DNA from: Diadema antillarum
Taxonomy: Eukaryota
DNA: 64,000 nucleotides
Assembly (NCBI RefSeq): GCF_040938485.1
Contig: NW_027270917.1
Span: 5,890,001 to 5,954,000 of the forward strand
Reading direction: 5' to 3'
Of this stretch, positions 12,636 to 26,100 are shown piece by piece; position 1 is the stretch's first letter, and the number at the start of each line of letters is the position of its first letter. A program made the position numbers and the translations under genes. Under the pieces are notes generated by a model that saw only the letters and a program-made list of their open reading frames with translations, was not told where the DNA came from and searched no databases.

Positions 12636-14540
12636 GTGAACCTCCTCTGGCGTGTTCACATGCTGAATACTGCTGATGAAAAGTGGAATGTCTGTAGTGA
12701 TCTACTTGAAGATATAGATACAGTGCTGACCAAAGTATACTGGTCTTTCATAGCTTCTTGTTTGTGTAGGGGATTTTGGAATTGTGCCAAAATATGTATT
12801 TTTTTTTTAACACTGTAATGTGCATTTTTATATTCACTTCATATGCATCATTTGGCGTAACTTATTGGAAGCTTTTCAGGAGTTTAGCTTAAAGGGTAAT
12901 ATTCTATGAGTATTGCTTAGAAAAGATGGTGATCTACATATGTCTTGTGTTTCGTCATTGCCTGTCATTACCTGTCATAACCTAGTTTGTACAGATTTAG
13001 TCTATGCAGACTCTGATCAGGTTTGATTTTTTTTTTTGTAGAATATTTGTAAACTTATTGTTTTAAACTCGGTCACACTCATAGTAAATGTATGGTTTTT
13101 AAAATGTACATGAATGCATGATCATATCGCTGTCTCCCTCATTCTTTAACAGGAAAAAAAAATAATAATAGCCTTGACTTTTTCTATCGCAGAAACACAA
13201 GTTCATTATCTTGAGTTATGTCAATGTATCAGATATTAATGTCAACAACAGGTCATGTGAAGTCAGCTTTGTTGATATATAGATCGTACCATGTGCCATA
13301 CTCGGGCTGATTCTTCCTTTCTGTTTTGGTAAACATAGGATTTTTATGATCTTTTGTGGGTTGAGGGTTTTATGGCTTTGATGGAAACTATCAAGGAGCA
13401 ATAAATTATTCATGAACACAAATTTGTGAGCTGGAACAGTTTCACTGCCTGTCATTGGAGTGGCTGCTAGTGCCATATGTACTTAGCTGATTTTTAATGG
13501 CCATTTCAAGTGTTCATTGCCACGTTAATATTTGCCTTGATGACATGGAAGTGAGACTAATATACTTTATGAACAGCAGGGGACTTAAAAGGTTTATTTC
13601 ACCTCAACTTGCTTATATTATTTGACCATGGAAATAGATATTCATTTTGCAACATAATCCAAATATTTCCATCTTGCCTTGAATTATTTTGTAAAATGGT
13701 GAAAGAAACTGTATCAATCATATCATATTTCTCACCACAATTGCATGATATCATGAGAATTTCAAATCTAAAAATTGCTCTATAGTTAAAAGGAAGAGAA
13801 TGTCAGAAAATGTGTGTGTAAATTTAGTTAAAGGTAAATATGATTAGATCCATGATGATGATGCTCTTTTTTCATTGTGTATGTGAATTAGTGATGACCA
13901 AACAGTAGAGGCAAGTTGGCACATTTTGCCTGTAATGAAAAGTTAAAGATTGATTCTTCAAAAGAGGTATAAATTCCAGGACGATAAGCACATGTATTGT
14001 AAGATAACAGTGAAAAATGATTTCACTCCAGTGCCAGCCTGATATGACTTCATTCTTGCAAAGCGATAGAGCAATAGCTATTTGAAGCCACTGATATGAA
14101 TATGCCTTCCCTGCTTGCTGATATATTAAGCATTCTTTCAAAGATTTTAATAATATTGACAAGGAAATCATAAAGAAACTATTTACAGGTACACATATGA
14201 GTAAGTCATTGTCGGGACCTAGGTTATTCTGTCTCATTCAGTGGATTGAGTATAATGGAACAGAATCAAAGAGATATAATAATGCTGTATTTTCTTGCCA
14301 ATAATTAAGGCATCTAACCCCTGAGTATACTCTTCTCCCTCTTTGATCATGCTGTAATGCATTTAATTCAATTCAATTCAATTCAATTCAATTCAGTTCA
14401 TTGTCAAGTCAATTTCAAGGCATTCATGTGCAGTAGAATATATTGTTCTAGTAGCTGCCCAATATAAATGTCCTTTTTTCATTATTATTAGTATAATTTT
14501 TCAAATTTTCAAGGAATTTTTACAAGATGATTGACAGCAT

Positions 14541-14748
14541 TAAAAAGTGGAAATTTTCTCGGTGTTGAAATTTTTGCGCTTTTTGTGCAACCAGAAATTA
14601 GCGCGAAAAATAAAAACACATGAATATTTCTTCATGCCGTATGTTCCAGTAGTTGATGTCTTGATTCCATGGAATTAAAAACATGCAAAACTCTTTTCAC
14701 CCAGCCAAGCGCGAAAAATTAGTCGCACGAAAATATCCACTTTTACAG
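14541..14748. mobile_element. Tc1/mariner-like MITE (CTGTAAAAGTGGA termini)
   Basis: Ends GAAAATATCCACTTTTACAG|TA. An inverted relative lies at 16489-16692. Confidence 0.6.
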
Positions 14749-15449
14749 TACATAGATCTGCATGAAGACAATCTTCTTTTTTTTCTCTCACTCCTGTCAT
14801 GAGGAGTTCACCTGTCATGACAGGTATGTATTCAGAAGGATACCCTTCTTTGGATAGTTATTTTATGGGCAAATTTCACCATGGAATCTACTGGGATTAC
14901 ATTATGCACTCGTCTGCCTACACTTGCCATATGCCATTTGACACTAATACCCAGTAGATGATGCATACGTTATATGGTGCTTGATAGGAGCCATTTGTAC
15001 AGAACATGCAAGCTGTAATGTGAGTAGTTACAGATTTCATGGTGTATTTTTCTTGATACTGGTCATCTCATCTGAAGATTTATTCTGCAATCATCCTTGC
15101 AATGAGGAGCTCTCATCTGCCAAATAGTGTAGAGGATGGGTTATTGAGAGAATCGGGGTGACTTTGTCTTTAAAACGAGACTGTTTACATGGTTAATAAT
15201 GCAGGGTGAAATATTCAATCCTTGGTCAATGTACAACATACAACTGATAAAGAATGTGTTTTTCTGTTCAGCCATGGGATATAACATTGTAACTATGTCA
15301 TCATTTGGGAGATGAGGAATTATATAATATCATAAATAAGGAATTCTCTCCCCCTTCACTGCCGAATTGATTTGATTTCATGTGAATGGAATTGATTTAT
15401 CTGCATGAAGATTTATCTAACATAACAGCTTTGGTTGCATTGAATGTTT

Positions 15450-15628
15450 GTATGGTAAGCAAGCAACCGCAGGACCAACAGATTAAAGTCCTGTCCAAAG
15501 AACTATAGGCAGCGAGGATAGAGTGCCATGCGTAGGAGTACAGCCACTCCAGCCAGAGGGACTCAAATCAGGGATCTCATAATCGACGGTGTGTGGTCTT
15601 GTCCATGGAGTTACAACAGCTCTATGTC
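15450..15628 (-). mobile_element. Decayed tRNA-derived SINE-like element
   Basis: The minus strand shows degenerate A-box (GTAACTCCATGG) and B-box (GATTTGAGTCC) motifs at tRNA-like spacing, followed by a body. Confidence 0.35.
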
Positions 15629-16050
15629 ACTTGTACTGAAACATCATATTGCATTGTCTAACACCATCTCAAGTTGAAATTCGGTAGTAATTGTGAGGCC
15701 TGTGTGTACCTCTTTGAATGTACTTTGTACAAGTAGAATAAACTTGATAAGTACCAAGCTCCTCATAGTCTCCAGTCCAACAATTTTTGAGGTCATATCT
15801 TGCTTGATTAAATTTAACAGTAATTTACTTGGTGTCAATGAATTTTAATACTTTTTTCATTAGGCCTTGTGAATGTGCATACATGTATATGTCATCACTG
15901 TATGAGTCTGTATTCAACAATCAGGAGATAAGACTTTTGTGAGATTGGTTAGAAAATATATACAATGTACATCTTATCCACTTTTGTAGCTTCCTCTTTG
16001 TGTTTTTACTATTTTTCGTCAAAGGATAGGAAAAAGTGTGTGTGTGTGTG

Positions 16051-16219
16051 CAGTGGCGGATCCAGAGGGGGGCGCACCGGGCGTAGGTCCTATGTCCCCT
16101 CTTTATTTTTTTTTTTAAACAAAAGAAATAAAAAGGAAAAAAATGGGGGGGGGGGGCACGTGCTGCCCTTTAATTTTGTAAAGGTGCCTCCCCTTTACAG
16201 AATTCCTGGATCCGCCCCT

Positions 16220-16220
<1 letters not shown>
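16051..16220. mobile_element. hAT-like MITE inserted in a (TG)n tract
   Basis: 15-bp TIR CAGTGGCGGATCCAG / CTGGATCCGCCCCTG, flanked by GT repeats. Confidence 0.75.
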
Positions 16221-16265
<45 letters not shown>

Positions 16266-16307
16266 TGTGTACATGTGTGAATTTGTATTTGAGTTTGGTG
16301 ATGTACT

Positions 16308-16431
16308 ATACACAGTGTAGCATTTTTTTTTTTAATTGATTTGAATTTGCAGTTCTCCTTCTAGATACTTACAATACACAGTGTAGCATTTTTTTTCCCC
16401 ATTGAATTTGCAGTTCTACTTCTGGATACTT
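16308..16431. repeat. Tandem duplication, ~66-bp unit x2
   Basis: ATACACAGTGTAGCATTTTT..TTGAATTTGCAGTTCT at 16308 and 16374. Confidence 0.75.
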
Positions 16432-16488
16432 GTCATAGATACATTGTATCTCAGAAACCCAATGTTCGGGTGACTCCTGTTTCAAGCA

Positions 16489-16692
16489 CTGTAAAAGTGG
16501 ATATTTTCGCATGAGTAATTTTTCGTGCTCGGACCGGTAAGATGAGTTTCGAGTCTTTTATTCCATGGAATCAGGACAATAAACTACTGCAACATGTGGT
16601 ATACAAAAATATTTGTGTGCTTTTATTTTTGCGCTAGCTTCTGGTTGCGCGACATGCGCGAAAATTTCCACACCGCGAAAATTTCCACCTAT
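16489..16692. mobile_element. Tc1/mariner-like MITE, inverted relative of 14541-14748
   Basis: Starts CTGTAAAAGTGGATATTTTCGC and shares internal TTCCATGGAA and GCGAAAATTTCCAC. Confidence 0.6.
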
Positions 16693-16749
16693 ATGATCGA
16701 ACAGTAAAGTCAATAAATACATAACAATTATTTTGAGAGCTAAACCTTT

Positions 16750-16917
16750 ACTTCATTGTAATTAGAATTTTAATATAACAGTGTTCATTATAACCAGAGT
16801 GTACAGTAGTAGGCATGTGGATATTGACATTTAACTTCATTGTAATTAGAATTTTAATATAACAGTGTTCATTATAACCAGAGTGTACAGTAGTAGGCAT
16901 GTGGATATTGACATTTA
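16750..16917. repeat. Tandem duplication, 84-bp unit x2
   Basis: CTTCATTGTAATTAGAATTTTAATATAACAG.. at 16751 and 16835, essentially identical. Confidence 0.9.
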
Positions 16918-17263
16918 GAGCAGGACATTTGGTGAATGAAAAGCAGCGAAAACATCCAAGTTCTTCTTCAACTCTACTTTCTGTTGAATTTACCTGTATG
17001 CAGAGCACAATGGGCTGCAATGACTGCTTTCTCATGTGATGACTAGATCATGGCATTCTGCCACAAGAGTAGCCCTTCTGCTAATTTTGATAGCTTTCAC
17101 AACCTTTTTCCTCATGAATCATTCCAAGTTCTAGTCTATACATGTAATACAATGCATTGGATGCCAGTGGCGATTCACGATAATCTAATGCTGCAAACAT
17201 TTCTTGCCTTATTTTTTACAGTTACTTTATATACATGTACACACACACACACACACTTATATA

Positions 17264-17591
17264 CCGGGTGTCCCAAAAAAAGCGGAACGGTGGATTATCA
17301 GTACCTTGCGGTCTAAAAGTTATATATCTTTTGACATCATTAGAAAGAGCATCTTCCGCAGAAGACTATGATATCAAAATCATTAAATTTGGTTCAGTAC
17401 TTTTTATTCTACACCAATTTCTGAAAATGCAGTCATTGTCAAATTTCGCCGGATTTTTGCGACTTATGAGATAATAATTTGAGTGCGACACGCGATCCAT
17501 ACGGTGAATATTGTGTAAGCTCGGTGATCCATGTCAACAAAAGATCCAGCTTTCACATTGGGCACGGGCCAGGAAAAAAACAGTGTGTGTG

Positions 17592-17632
<41 letters not shown>

Positions 17633-17922
17633 TCCCAATATGAAAGCGTTATCTTTTGTTGACATGGATCAACGAGCTTACACAATATTCACCGTATGGA
17701 ACGCGTGTCGCACCCAATTTATTATCTCATAAATCGCAAAAAATTGGAAATGACTGCATTTACAGAAATTGGCGTAGAATAAAAAGTACTGAACCAAATT
17801 TAATGATTTTGGTATCATGGTCTTCTGCGGAAGATGCTCTTTTTGATGATGTCAGAAAATATATCACTTTTAGAACGCAAGGTACTGAAAATCCACCGTT
17901 CCGCTTTTTTTGGGACACCCGG
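17264..17922. mobile_element. Foldback Tc1/mariner-like MITE (TA TSD)
   Basis: TA|CCGGGTGTCCCAAAAAAAGCGGAACGG ... CCGTTCCGCTTTTTTTGGGACACCCGG|TA, with ~300-bp arms around a central (TG)n. Mirrored ORFs appear on both strands. Confidence 0.85.
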
Positions 17923-20190
17923 TATATATATATATATATATGCTGGATCCTTGTGCACATTGCTCAGAATTATGAAATACAAATGTTCAGTACAATGAAA
18001 AATATACCAAAGATTTATTTTCATACAAATGTTTATTTTCATTGGAAGTTCTAAAATAATTACATAATTGCACATCATTTATATTTGTCATGAGGTAATA
18101 TACTAGATTTATATTTCTCATTTTGTGTGCCATAATACAGTCTGTTTCACATGTAATCCTTTTAATCCTTTCCATGATCTGGTGTCAATTTTTCATTACA
18201 ATTCCTTATATCAACATGGAGTACAGTTGTATATTGTAAAAATGAGATTTATAACAAAGATAATTGACTGTGGTGTATCTTGTGCAAGTTACTTGTGATG
18301 AATTGAATGCAGGTTTTAGAAGAAACTTGTTTCCATTTTAATCAGTACCCTAGTGTTGGGTCTAACTGCATCATCGCTGCAAAACATGGGGATTTTCACA
18401 TTGACATGAAACCCTCTTACATCTCCTCAAGTCAGTATGTGGTAGGAAAACACCTTGAGAGACAAGTTTTTGATTTAAGCCAAGTTTGTGTACACATTGA
18501 ATGATGACTGCATTGTTGGGTGCCTTTGAGCACTCTAAAGCAAACAAAAGCAAACTGACCTAAAGCCTACCATACTGAACTGTGCCAGATTTGGAGCTTT
18601 CGGGCACTCTCCTGAGAAAGAGTACCTCATGACGTGTTTTTAGAGGGGGTCACACATATTTGTATCAATAGGTCCATTCATCTTGCGCACTTGAACTACT
18701 TACAGCTGACCCAAACAAAGAGAAAGAACTCTTTGCATTATGACATATGTGCATGTTACATGCATTCTCACGTGTGAACTCTTGGTACGTTTTTGGTACA
18801 CTTTTCGAGCGCCTCGGGAAGTGGTCCATTTTTGGTTTGGTACAGTACAGTACAGTACACTTTAGGAGCGTTCGAGCACTCCTCTGGCGCAGGTACGCTA
18901 CAGATCGCTTCAGGACAGCGCTCGAACACATCCATTGATATCTGAGCACTTTGTGAGTTCACTTTTGATAAGATGGTTGACACAGTTTATGGAACATGAA
19001 GCAGTTGAGACAGCGTGTACAACTATGACAACAGATTTGATACACCATGGTCTAAAGTGGGTTGATTTTGAGATATTGCAAGACCTGACAATTCTAGTGA
19101 CAACAAGATATAATGTGACAAAATCTCACAGCAATGCATGCTGGGAAAGGTTGTTCTCACAAATGGGTAGAAGGTAGTGACATTTACGATATATTAATTC
19201 CACGAAGGATTACTCTGAACAGTTCTGATGAAAACTGAGAAAGTAATATTTTGAAGTTGTGATCATTCAAACATCCCCATTTGCTGTGTACTAACAAAAA
19301 ACGATGACGAAGAAGAAGAAATTACCATTTTCCCATCAAGTAGATTTCCAATGGTACATGCAACGTTAAGACAATAATTGCAAACATTTTTCTTTACAAC
19401 CCCAGCACATAAAGAATAAAATATTTCCTCACCAACAACAAAAAAGTGAGAGATCTTATGCATTTTTTCTTCTTTTTTTTTTTGGCACAGGGCAAATGGA
19501 AGATGAGCTCACCTGCTAAATCACAAGGTTGCCAATTTGTGTATTATTAATCACAGTTTAAAAAAAAACAATTGCAAGTACTTTCTGAGTTTTGATCAGA
19601 ATTTGCTATAAAACTTTCAGTGTCCTGTTCCATTTATCTGCTTCTATTCAGACACACTAATTTTCAAAGAAGACTTCTTTACTTTTGATTACCCTCAAGC
19701 CATTCCATGCAAGGCCAAGGGAGTTTATACCAGGTAACTAATTAACAGAATACATTTCTACCTGCTACAGTAACTGTATACTCATTCAGACTTGATTCCT
19801 TGTAATGCGTGCACATGTTGCAGAACTCCTGACTGAACCTCAATGGTGCACTTTCCAGAAGTTTTTTTTTCTATTCTACAGGGTACTGTGACCTGTAGGA
19901 TATTAAAACAAAAAGGATTTACATAACAATTGCAAATATTTGCTGACACTTAATAGTTTTCAATATCTGCTTGGATCATGATTGTGGTATTGGAAATCAC
20001 CTAGCACAAATTTGGATGAAACACAAATCAGTTGTTGTTGTTTTTTTCCATGATGTGTGACTGTTCAGATTCTCAGCTATTAGTAGTAGACAAAATTTCA
20101 TGTCTTGCACAACAGTCCCAAATTGAGCCACCCACATGAAGCACACTGTATGGGGCAGACACTAAAGCAAACCCATGTGTCTGTGTATCC

Positions 20191-23100
20191 TCATTCAATG
20201 CCAAATACCTCCAACAGCAACTGCTTCTTATTGACCTTCCCCATGGCATTGCGTGGAATCTCCTCCAAAACTTTCATCTCGGTTGGGATCTGGTAGGACG
20301 GCAGCCTGTCCCTGCCCCACTCTCTCAGCTGGAACAGGGTCAGACCTTCGCCCGGTTTGAGCGCTACGACGGCTGCCACCCGCTGGCCCCACGTGATGTC
20401 GGGGAGGCCGACGACGGCGACCTCGGTGATCGCGGGATGGGAGAGGAGGTGCCGCTCCACGTCGAGGGCGCTAATCTTGTAGCCTCCACTCTTGATGATG
20501 TCGACAGAGGACCGACCCAGGATGCGGTATGAGCCATTTTCGTAGCAGGCTGTGTCCCCTGATTCAAGAAAAATATTATATCATTTTTGTCAACATTAAT
20601 GTCCACTAGACAAAAGTTTTTCAGTCTGTTTTCTTTCATAAAATGAAAGGGTGCTGAATGAAGCATTACATGCCCAGCTCATCGACTAGTCTGATTTGAC
20701 ATCTCAACTGAGCAATGTAACCAACTATTATCCCACCATAATACTTCTACTGAACTACATGTGTATAATGTTCCTATGCAATTGCTTCCCTGTACCTATC
20801 TAATTTTTTTTCTTCTTCTTCTACTTGTGGAAAATTAAATAGGTTAAGGAGAGTGCCAGCTCAAATGTATATTGTGGATGTACTGAGCAGAAGCCAGATG
20901 AAACATTCTTTCTTGTGTGTTTTTTTTTAATCAGTTGTATCAACCTGACTAACATATTGCTTATCTATGTAAATATCTTCTATTTTCATCAAGCGATTTG
21001 TGTTTCTCAAATGATGCTCTCTCATTCAAGCATAATCATCTGACATCATTTCTGCTACTGTCTCAGAAGAATGGCTTGTCAAAGACATACGAACACATCT
21101 TCAACACAATGTGCTTTCTGTACTGGTACGGCTCATCGTCAATCCTCATGCCAACACATTATAGTCACAAATATTAATAAAAACCTACTGCACTCTTGAT
21201 TGTAGTTACTGAAACACTGACTGAAGTGGACAACTGCCAGTACATGAAATCATGTCTACACTCAAACATGACTGCGTTCATGTGCATGACGACTTACCAG
21301 TTTTGAACCAGCCGTCCTCTGTGAAGGTGTCTTTGGTTGCTTGAGGTTTATTCCAGTATTCCTTGAAGACAGCGGGACCTTTGACCTGCAGTTCACCTGC
21401 CTGACCCTCTGTGCCTGGTATGATGTCACTGTGGAGGGAGTCTCCTCTGACTATGATCTCATTGGATGGCGAGACGATCCTCACCTCCACCGTCGGGAAG
21501 GGATTTCCCACAGCTCCTAGCAATCAGAACATATACCGTAGTGAATGTGATCAAGGGAAATTGTGTAATTATAGGGAAACCACAATACAGCGAACTCTTG
21601 TTTTAACGAACACTGTTACAATGAAATTCTGGTTATAACGAAACTAGAAATGTCACTATGGCGACTGGTATGCCTCTGCCATAATGAATGGTTCTCCTAC
21701 AATAGGTCTACACAGTGTAGTAAAATTTCTTGACAATGTGTGATTACAGTTTCACATAATTGGCAAAATATTGAAATGACAGGTTTGTCACAAATGTGTT
21801 GAATGTTCACTCTCCTTGAACTAGATTTAATTAGATGAATGGCCATATGGTATAAGAGTGCAGGTATTTGTGGATTTGAGGATTTTTTCCTTGACTTTCG
21901 ACCCCTTTATATAACAAAGTGAAATTCAGCACTTTCACTTGACCTTCGACCTTTTAGCAAGAAACTTCCAAAGAAAATTTCTATTGGGTAATACAGTACA
22001 TGCATAAACTAAGTGTCAAAAAAAATCCTGCAGGCATTGCATAGATAAGAGGGAATAAGCAAAATTTTGAGGAGTTGACCTTGACCTTTGAACTCCTGAC
22101 CTTCGACTCATGACCCCTAAATTCTCTAGATAATTCCTACAAGTCAGTATATGCATATGTACCAAGTTCCATGAAGATACCTTGAACCATTTGCAAGATA
22201 TGGAGAAAAAAGTGAAATTTTAACATTTTCATCTGACCTCTGACCTTTTGACCTTCAATGACCCCATGACATGAAACTTTCTCTGGAGAATCTTTATTTG
22301 GTAGTACATGTATACACTATGTTTCAAGAAAATGCCTTCAGGCATTGCCTAGATATGGGGGAAATAGTGACATTTTGAGCATTTGACCTTGACCTTTTGA
22401 CTTTTGATCTTGAGCATACACCCCAAAAGTTGATAGGCACAACTTCGCCCAGTCATACATATACATGCCAAGTTTCATTAGGATACCTCAAACGGTTTTT
22501 TAGTTACGCTGTCCACAAAACTGATAACGGACGGAAAGACGAACAGATGGAAGGATGGAAGGATGGAAGGACAGAAGGACGGACGAACAGACAACCCGAA
22601 AACATAATGTCTCCGGCAACACTTCGCGGCGGAGGCATAATAAAAATTCAGACCACAACCTTCTTATCCTCTTTATGTGTTTTTATTGTTTACGTGTTTG
22701 GTTATAACAAAATTTCTATGTAACAAAAGAAGACTGCTGGTTCTCAGACTTCGTTATAAAGGGAGCCCGCTGTATAACAAGTTCGCTTACGAGGCAACAC
22801 CTTGAAGAGGTGAATTAGGCTGTCCCAACTTCTCACTGCTGTATTTTGCTAGTCTCTTTCATACATTTAAGAGGTAAAATCAGTGGTTCCAGTAACGTCC
22901 TTATAACATTATATCCTTGTACCATGCTTTCAATCATTTCACCAACATATGAACCTGTTCCATGGATGTTGTATCATCAAAGGAAATTTTATTCATGATG
23001 ACTTATCACTTCAGTCTGTAAAATATGTTCATGATGTCTCACAAAGGAACTGATGAGTAAGATGTAGCCATATAGCCTTTTCCATGCTAAACAGTTCCAC

Positions 23101-26100
23101 ATGAAAACATAAATCACAGGGCATGTAGTATCATTTTAGGCAAATCTTCATCTGGTCTTTTTCTAATCTATTTCATCAATTTTAATTCCCCATGTTAATT
23201 ATCTGTTTGGACCAAACCATGCAACTCAATTTCATAACCTACTACACCAAACTCTATAATCGTCGCTGGGGTGACAAGACCTTGTAGCTGCAATTTTGGT
23301 GAAAATGACTTTTTTTTATTAATGGTCAAATAATGGGTTAAGTGATGTCCTGTCCAAATCTCAACTGTCTTACTCCAAAAATGAAGCCACCATGGCATGT
23401 CAAAGGAAAGGCTACCCCATTCGCCACAGTGCTTTGGCCGCCATGTTTTTTGGCTCTCCTGAACATTTGACATTTTGTAGATACGAGGTCTTATGCCTAT
23501 TCATTTGTGTTATGTTTGTATCGTTTGCATGCTGGACATACTATGGGGCTTCATAACTGATGATGTAAAGGCATTGTTGAAATGCTATGTTACACCCTGT
23601 TAATTATTTGAAACACTTACAGTTTTGTCTAGGAGCATTCATTTCTGAGTTAGTGAAATTAGTGAAAAGCTAACTCAAAAAAAAAAAAAAAATATTGCAA
23701 AGACCAATACTTTACAAAGGAGTTTTGTATGATGGAGAATAAATTCAAACATATGACACTACAATTTTTATATTGCATTTAATCTAGACTTATAACTGTC
23801 TACATTTCTCACATAAGAATACTAAAGAGTCTCTTTGACCAATGTCATGACAAAATATGTGACCCGCGACAACGGTTTCAGGCAAAAGTCGCAAGAGCAA
23901 ATTTCCTCCTAGGCGAGGTACAAAGATCTTTACCATTATTTTTGTCGATTTGGGTTTTTTGCAGAAATGGAATCTTTGATATGTTTTCTACATCTACACT
24001 GAATTTCATAGCATAAGACTACGTTTTTCCTATCGAAAATGGAATTTTAAGCACCCTATGTTGGATCGCACTCGTCAGTTTCGAGCTTCTTTCGAACGCC
24101 GCACCAATATCCCCAGCGTTGCTACAGCGCAAGGTCTCGCATGCGATTGGCTTGTGCGTCGCACACATTTACATAATTCGGCTTTCGGAGACACCAGTTG
24201 CAGCGTTTGGGGAATGCTTCGTCCACGCGTGCATGATTTCATGCTCCATTGTTCTTGCTATAGTGGTTTATACGCTGTAGTGCGTGCTCTTCGTTTGGCT
24301 TTCTATCCAAACTATTCTACCGCAATGTTTGACAACAGAAGTGAAACAAATATCATTTAGCACGACATAATCGTGTGAAAAGAAAGAAACAATAGTCTAC
24401 TTGTACATGTAGTAAAAATTATGACAGCAGACTGACTCAAGGGAAGGTAGATGAGAGGAAAGGAGAGGTCACATGAAACCAGTTATATTCAAATACTACA
24501 CATCAAGATCGCTAACTAACGACTCATGTTTGTTTGTTTGTTTTAATATAATTAACACCACCGAACATGGCAACATATGCACGGCTTGTATATAAAAGCA
24601 AAACAAACAGGAAGCGTGACCTTTGCCAGCACTGGCATTTTTCTGCCTACAAAAGGGTCGCCAATGATAAAGTCAAATCAACAACAATGAAAACGCGATT
24701 TGTAAATGTGTGGATTCGCCACCCGCTCCTGTTACATGCACATGGTCATAGCGTGTGGATGCCATTGCGTAATGCGTGCACCCATACACATGTACACCAT
24801 ACGCGCAATTATCGTATCCGCCATCTTGAAAGACGTAATGGTAAAACAAACCCGAGCGAACCGCATTGTTTTTCGGCTCCATACGCTGAGCTCCTAGGAA
24901 GGGTGCCTGGGAAATTTGACTCTCTCAGTGAGCCAATCAGAAGGCGATGTGGTTGCTAGAGGCGGAGCTTAACATCGATTGGCACCATCGTACGGATGGG
25001 TGATTCTCACCTCGCATCGCCGCTCGAACATTGTCTTTGAGAAAGAGGTGAATCTTCAAAGCCCGTTTTCTCGCAATTTTGTCAGGCTAACAACTTAAAA
25101 AGTGCATTTTATTTCGCTTTCCATGCCCACTTATGGTGCCAAAGAATGCAAGTGTTTTATATCAATGCAAAGCTTAGGAAATGGGCAATGTGATCCAGTG
25201 AAAAAATGAATTTTCAAAATGCCCGACTTTTGCCTGAAACCGTTGTCGCCGGTCACATATGTTTACGGAGTACTTTCTGATGGTTCATTTTTCTTCCTTT
25301 CATGACCTCATTAAAGCTGGATAAATGAAGATGCTTTTCCTGTCCTCTAATGTACACTTTCACTTGATCGTTCCACAGTGAGTTCTAATTTCTACTAAAA
25401 ACAAACAAACAAATGCAAAGCAGAACAAAACAAAGGAACACATCAAATAAGGCATAGCGTATACCTGGCACTCTCTGACCCCTAAGAGGATTGGTGAGGG
25501 CCATTCCAATCTCCGTCATGCCGTATCTCTCCAGCAAAGTGTGACCAGAAATCTTCTTCCACTGCTCCATGACTGGTTGGGGGAGAGCCGCAGAGCCAGA
25601 AACCATTAACCTGCAAGTTGTGGGATTCACAGAACACAATAATTGTCAAGCCTTGGACTTGGCTATTTAAAAGAACCTTTAATTTGCTACCAGCCACTGA
25701 AGAGCCACTATATCATTGCCAGATCTTGGTCTTTTGAAGGTCTTATTTCATAGCAACATGATACATTTGTAAATACAAAATCTTGCTCAATAAGTTATCA
25801 CACTGAAAACAGGCACTTGGGATCCAGTAATATTTTTAATCTTGGTCTTCCAAAGGTATCAATTTTACGCATGGCAATAATTGTAAATTCTTGCTAAATG
25901 GGTACCTTACTCCTAATCAGGGAACTGAGATATACAGTATTGTCTGATCTAGTATTTGCCTTACTGACTAAGCAATGATTGCAAAATGTTCAACTTTGCT
26001 CAAAGTTGTAATAAACTGTAACTTTTGGTACGGTACGTTACTTCCTCTCAAAATAATGTATTGTGTGTCAGGCACTTTTCTAGACTCCGTTACAATAGTA

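Noticed and set aside
18501-18578. ATGATGA...CTGA box C/D-like pattern on the + strand
   Set aside because: Not in an intron of any + strand gene, no C' box, weak terminal stem and no convincing rRNA complement.
24058-24959. ORFs inside the 1.4-kb TIR element as a transposase
   Set aside because: Short, with no DDE/D, helix-turn-helix or zinc-finger motifs.
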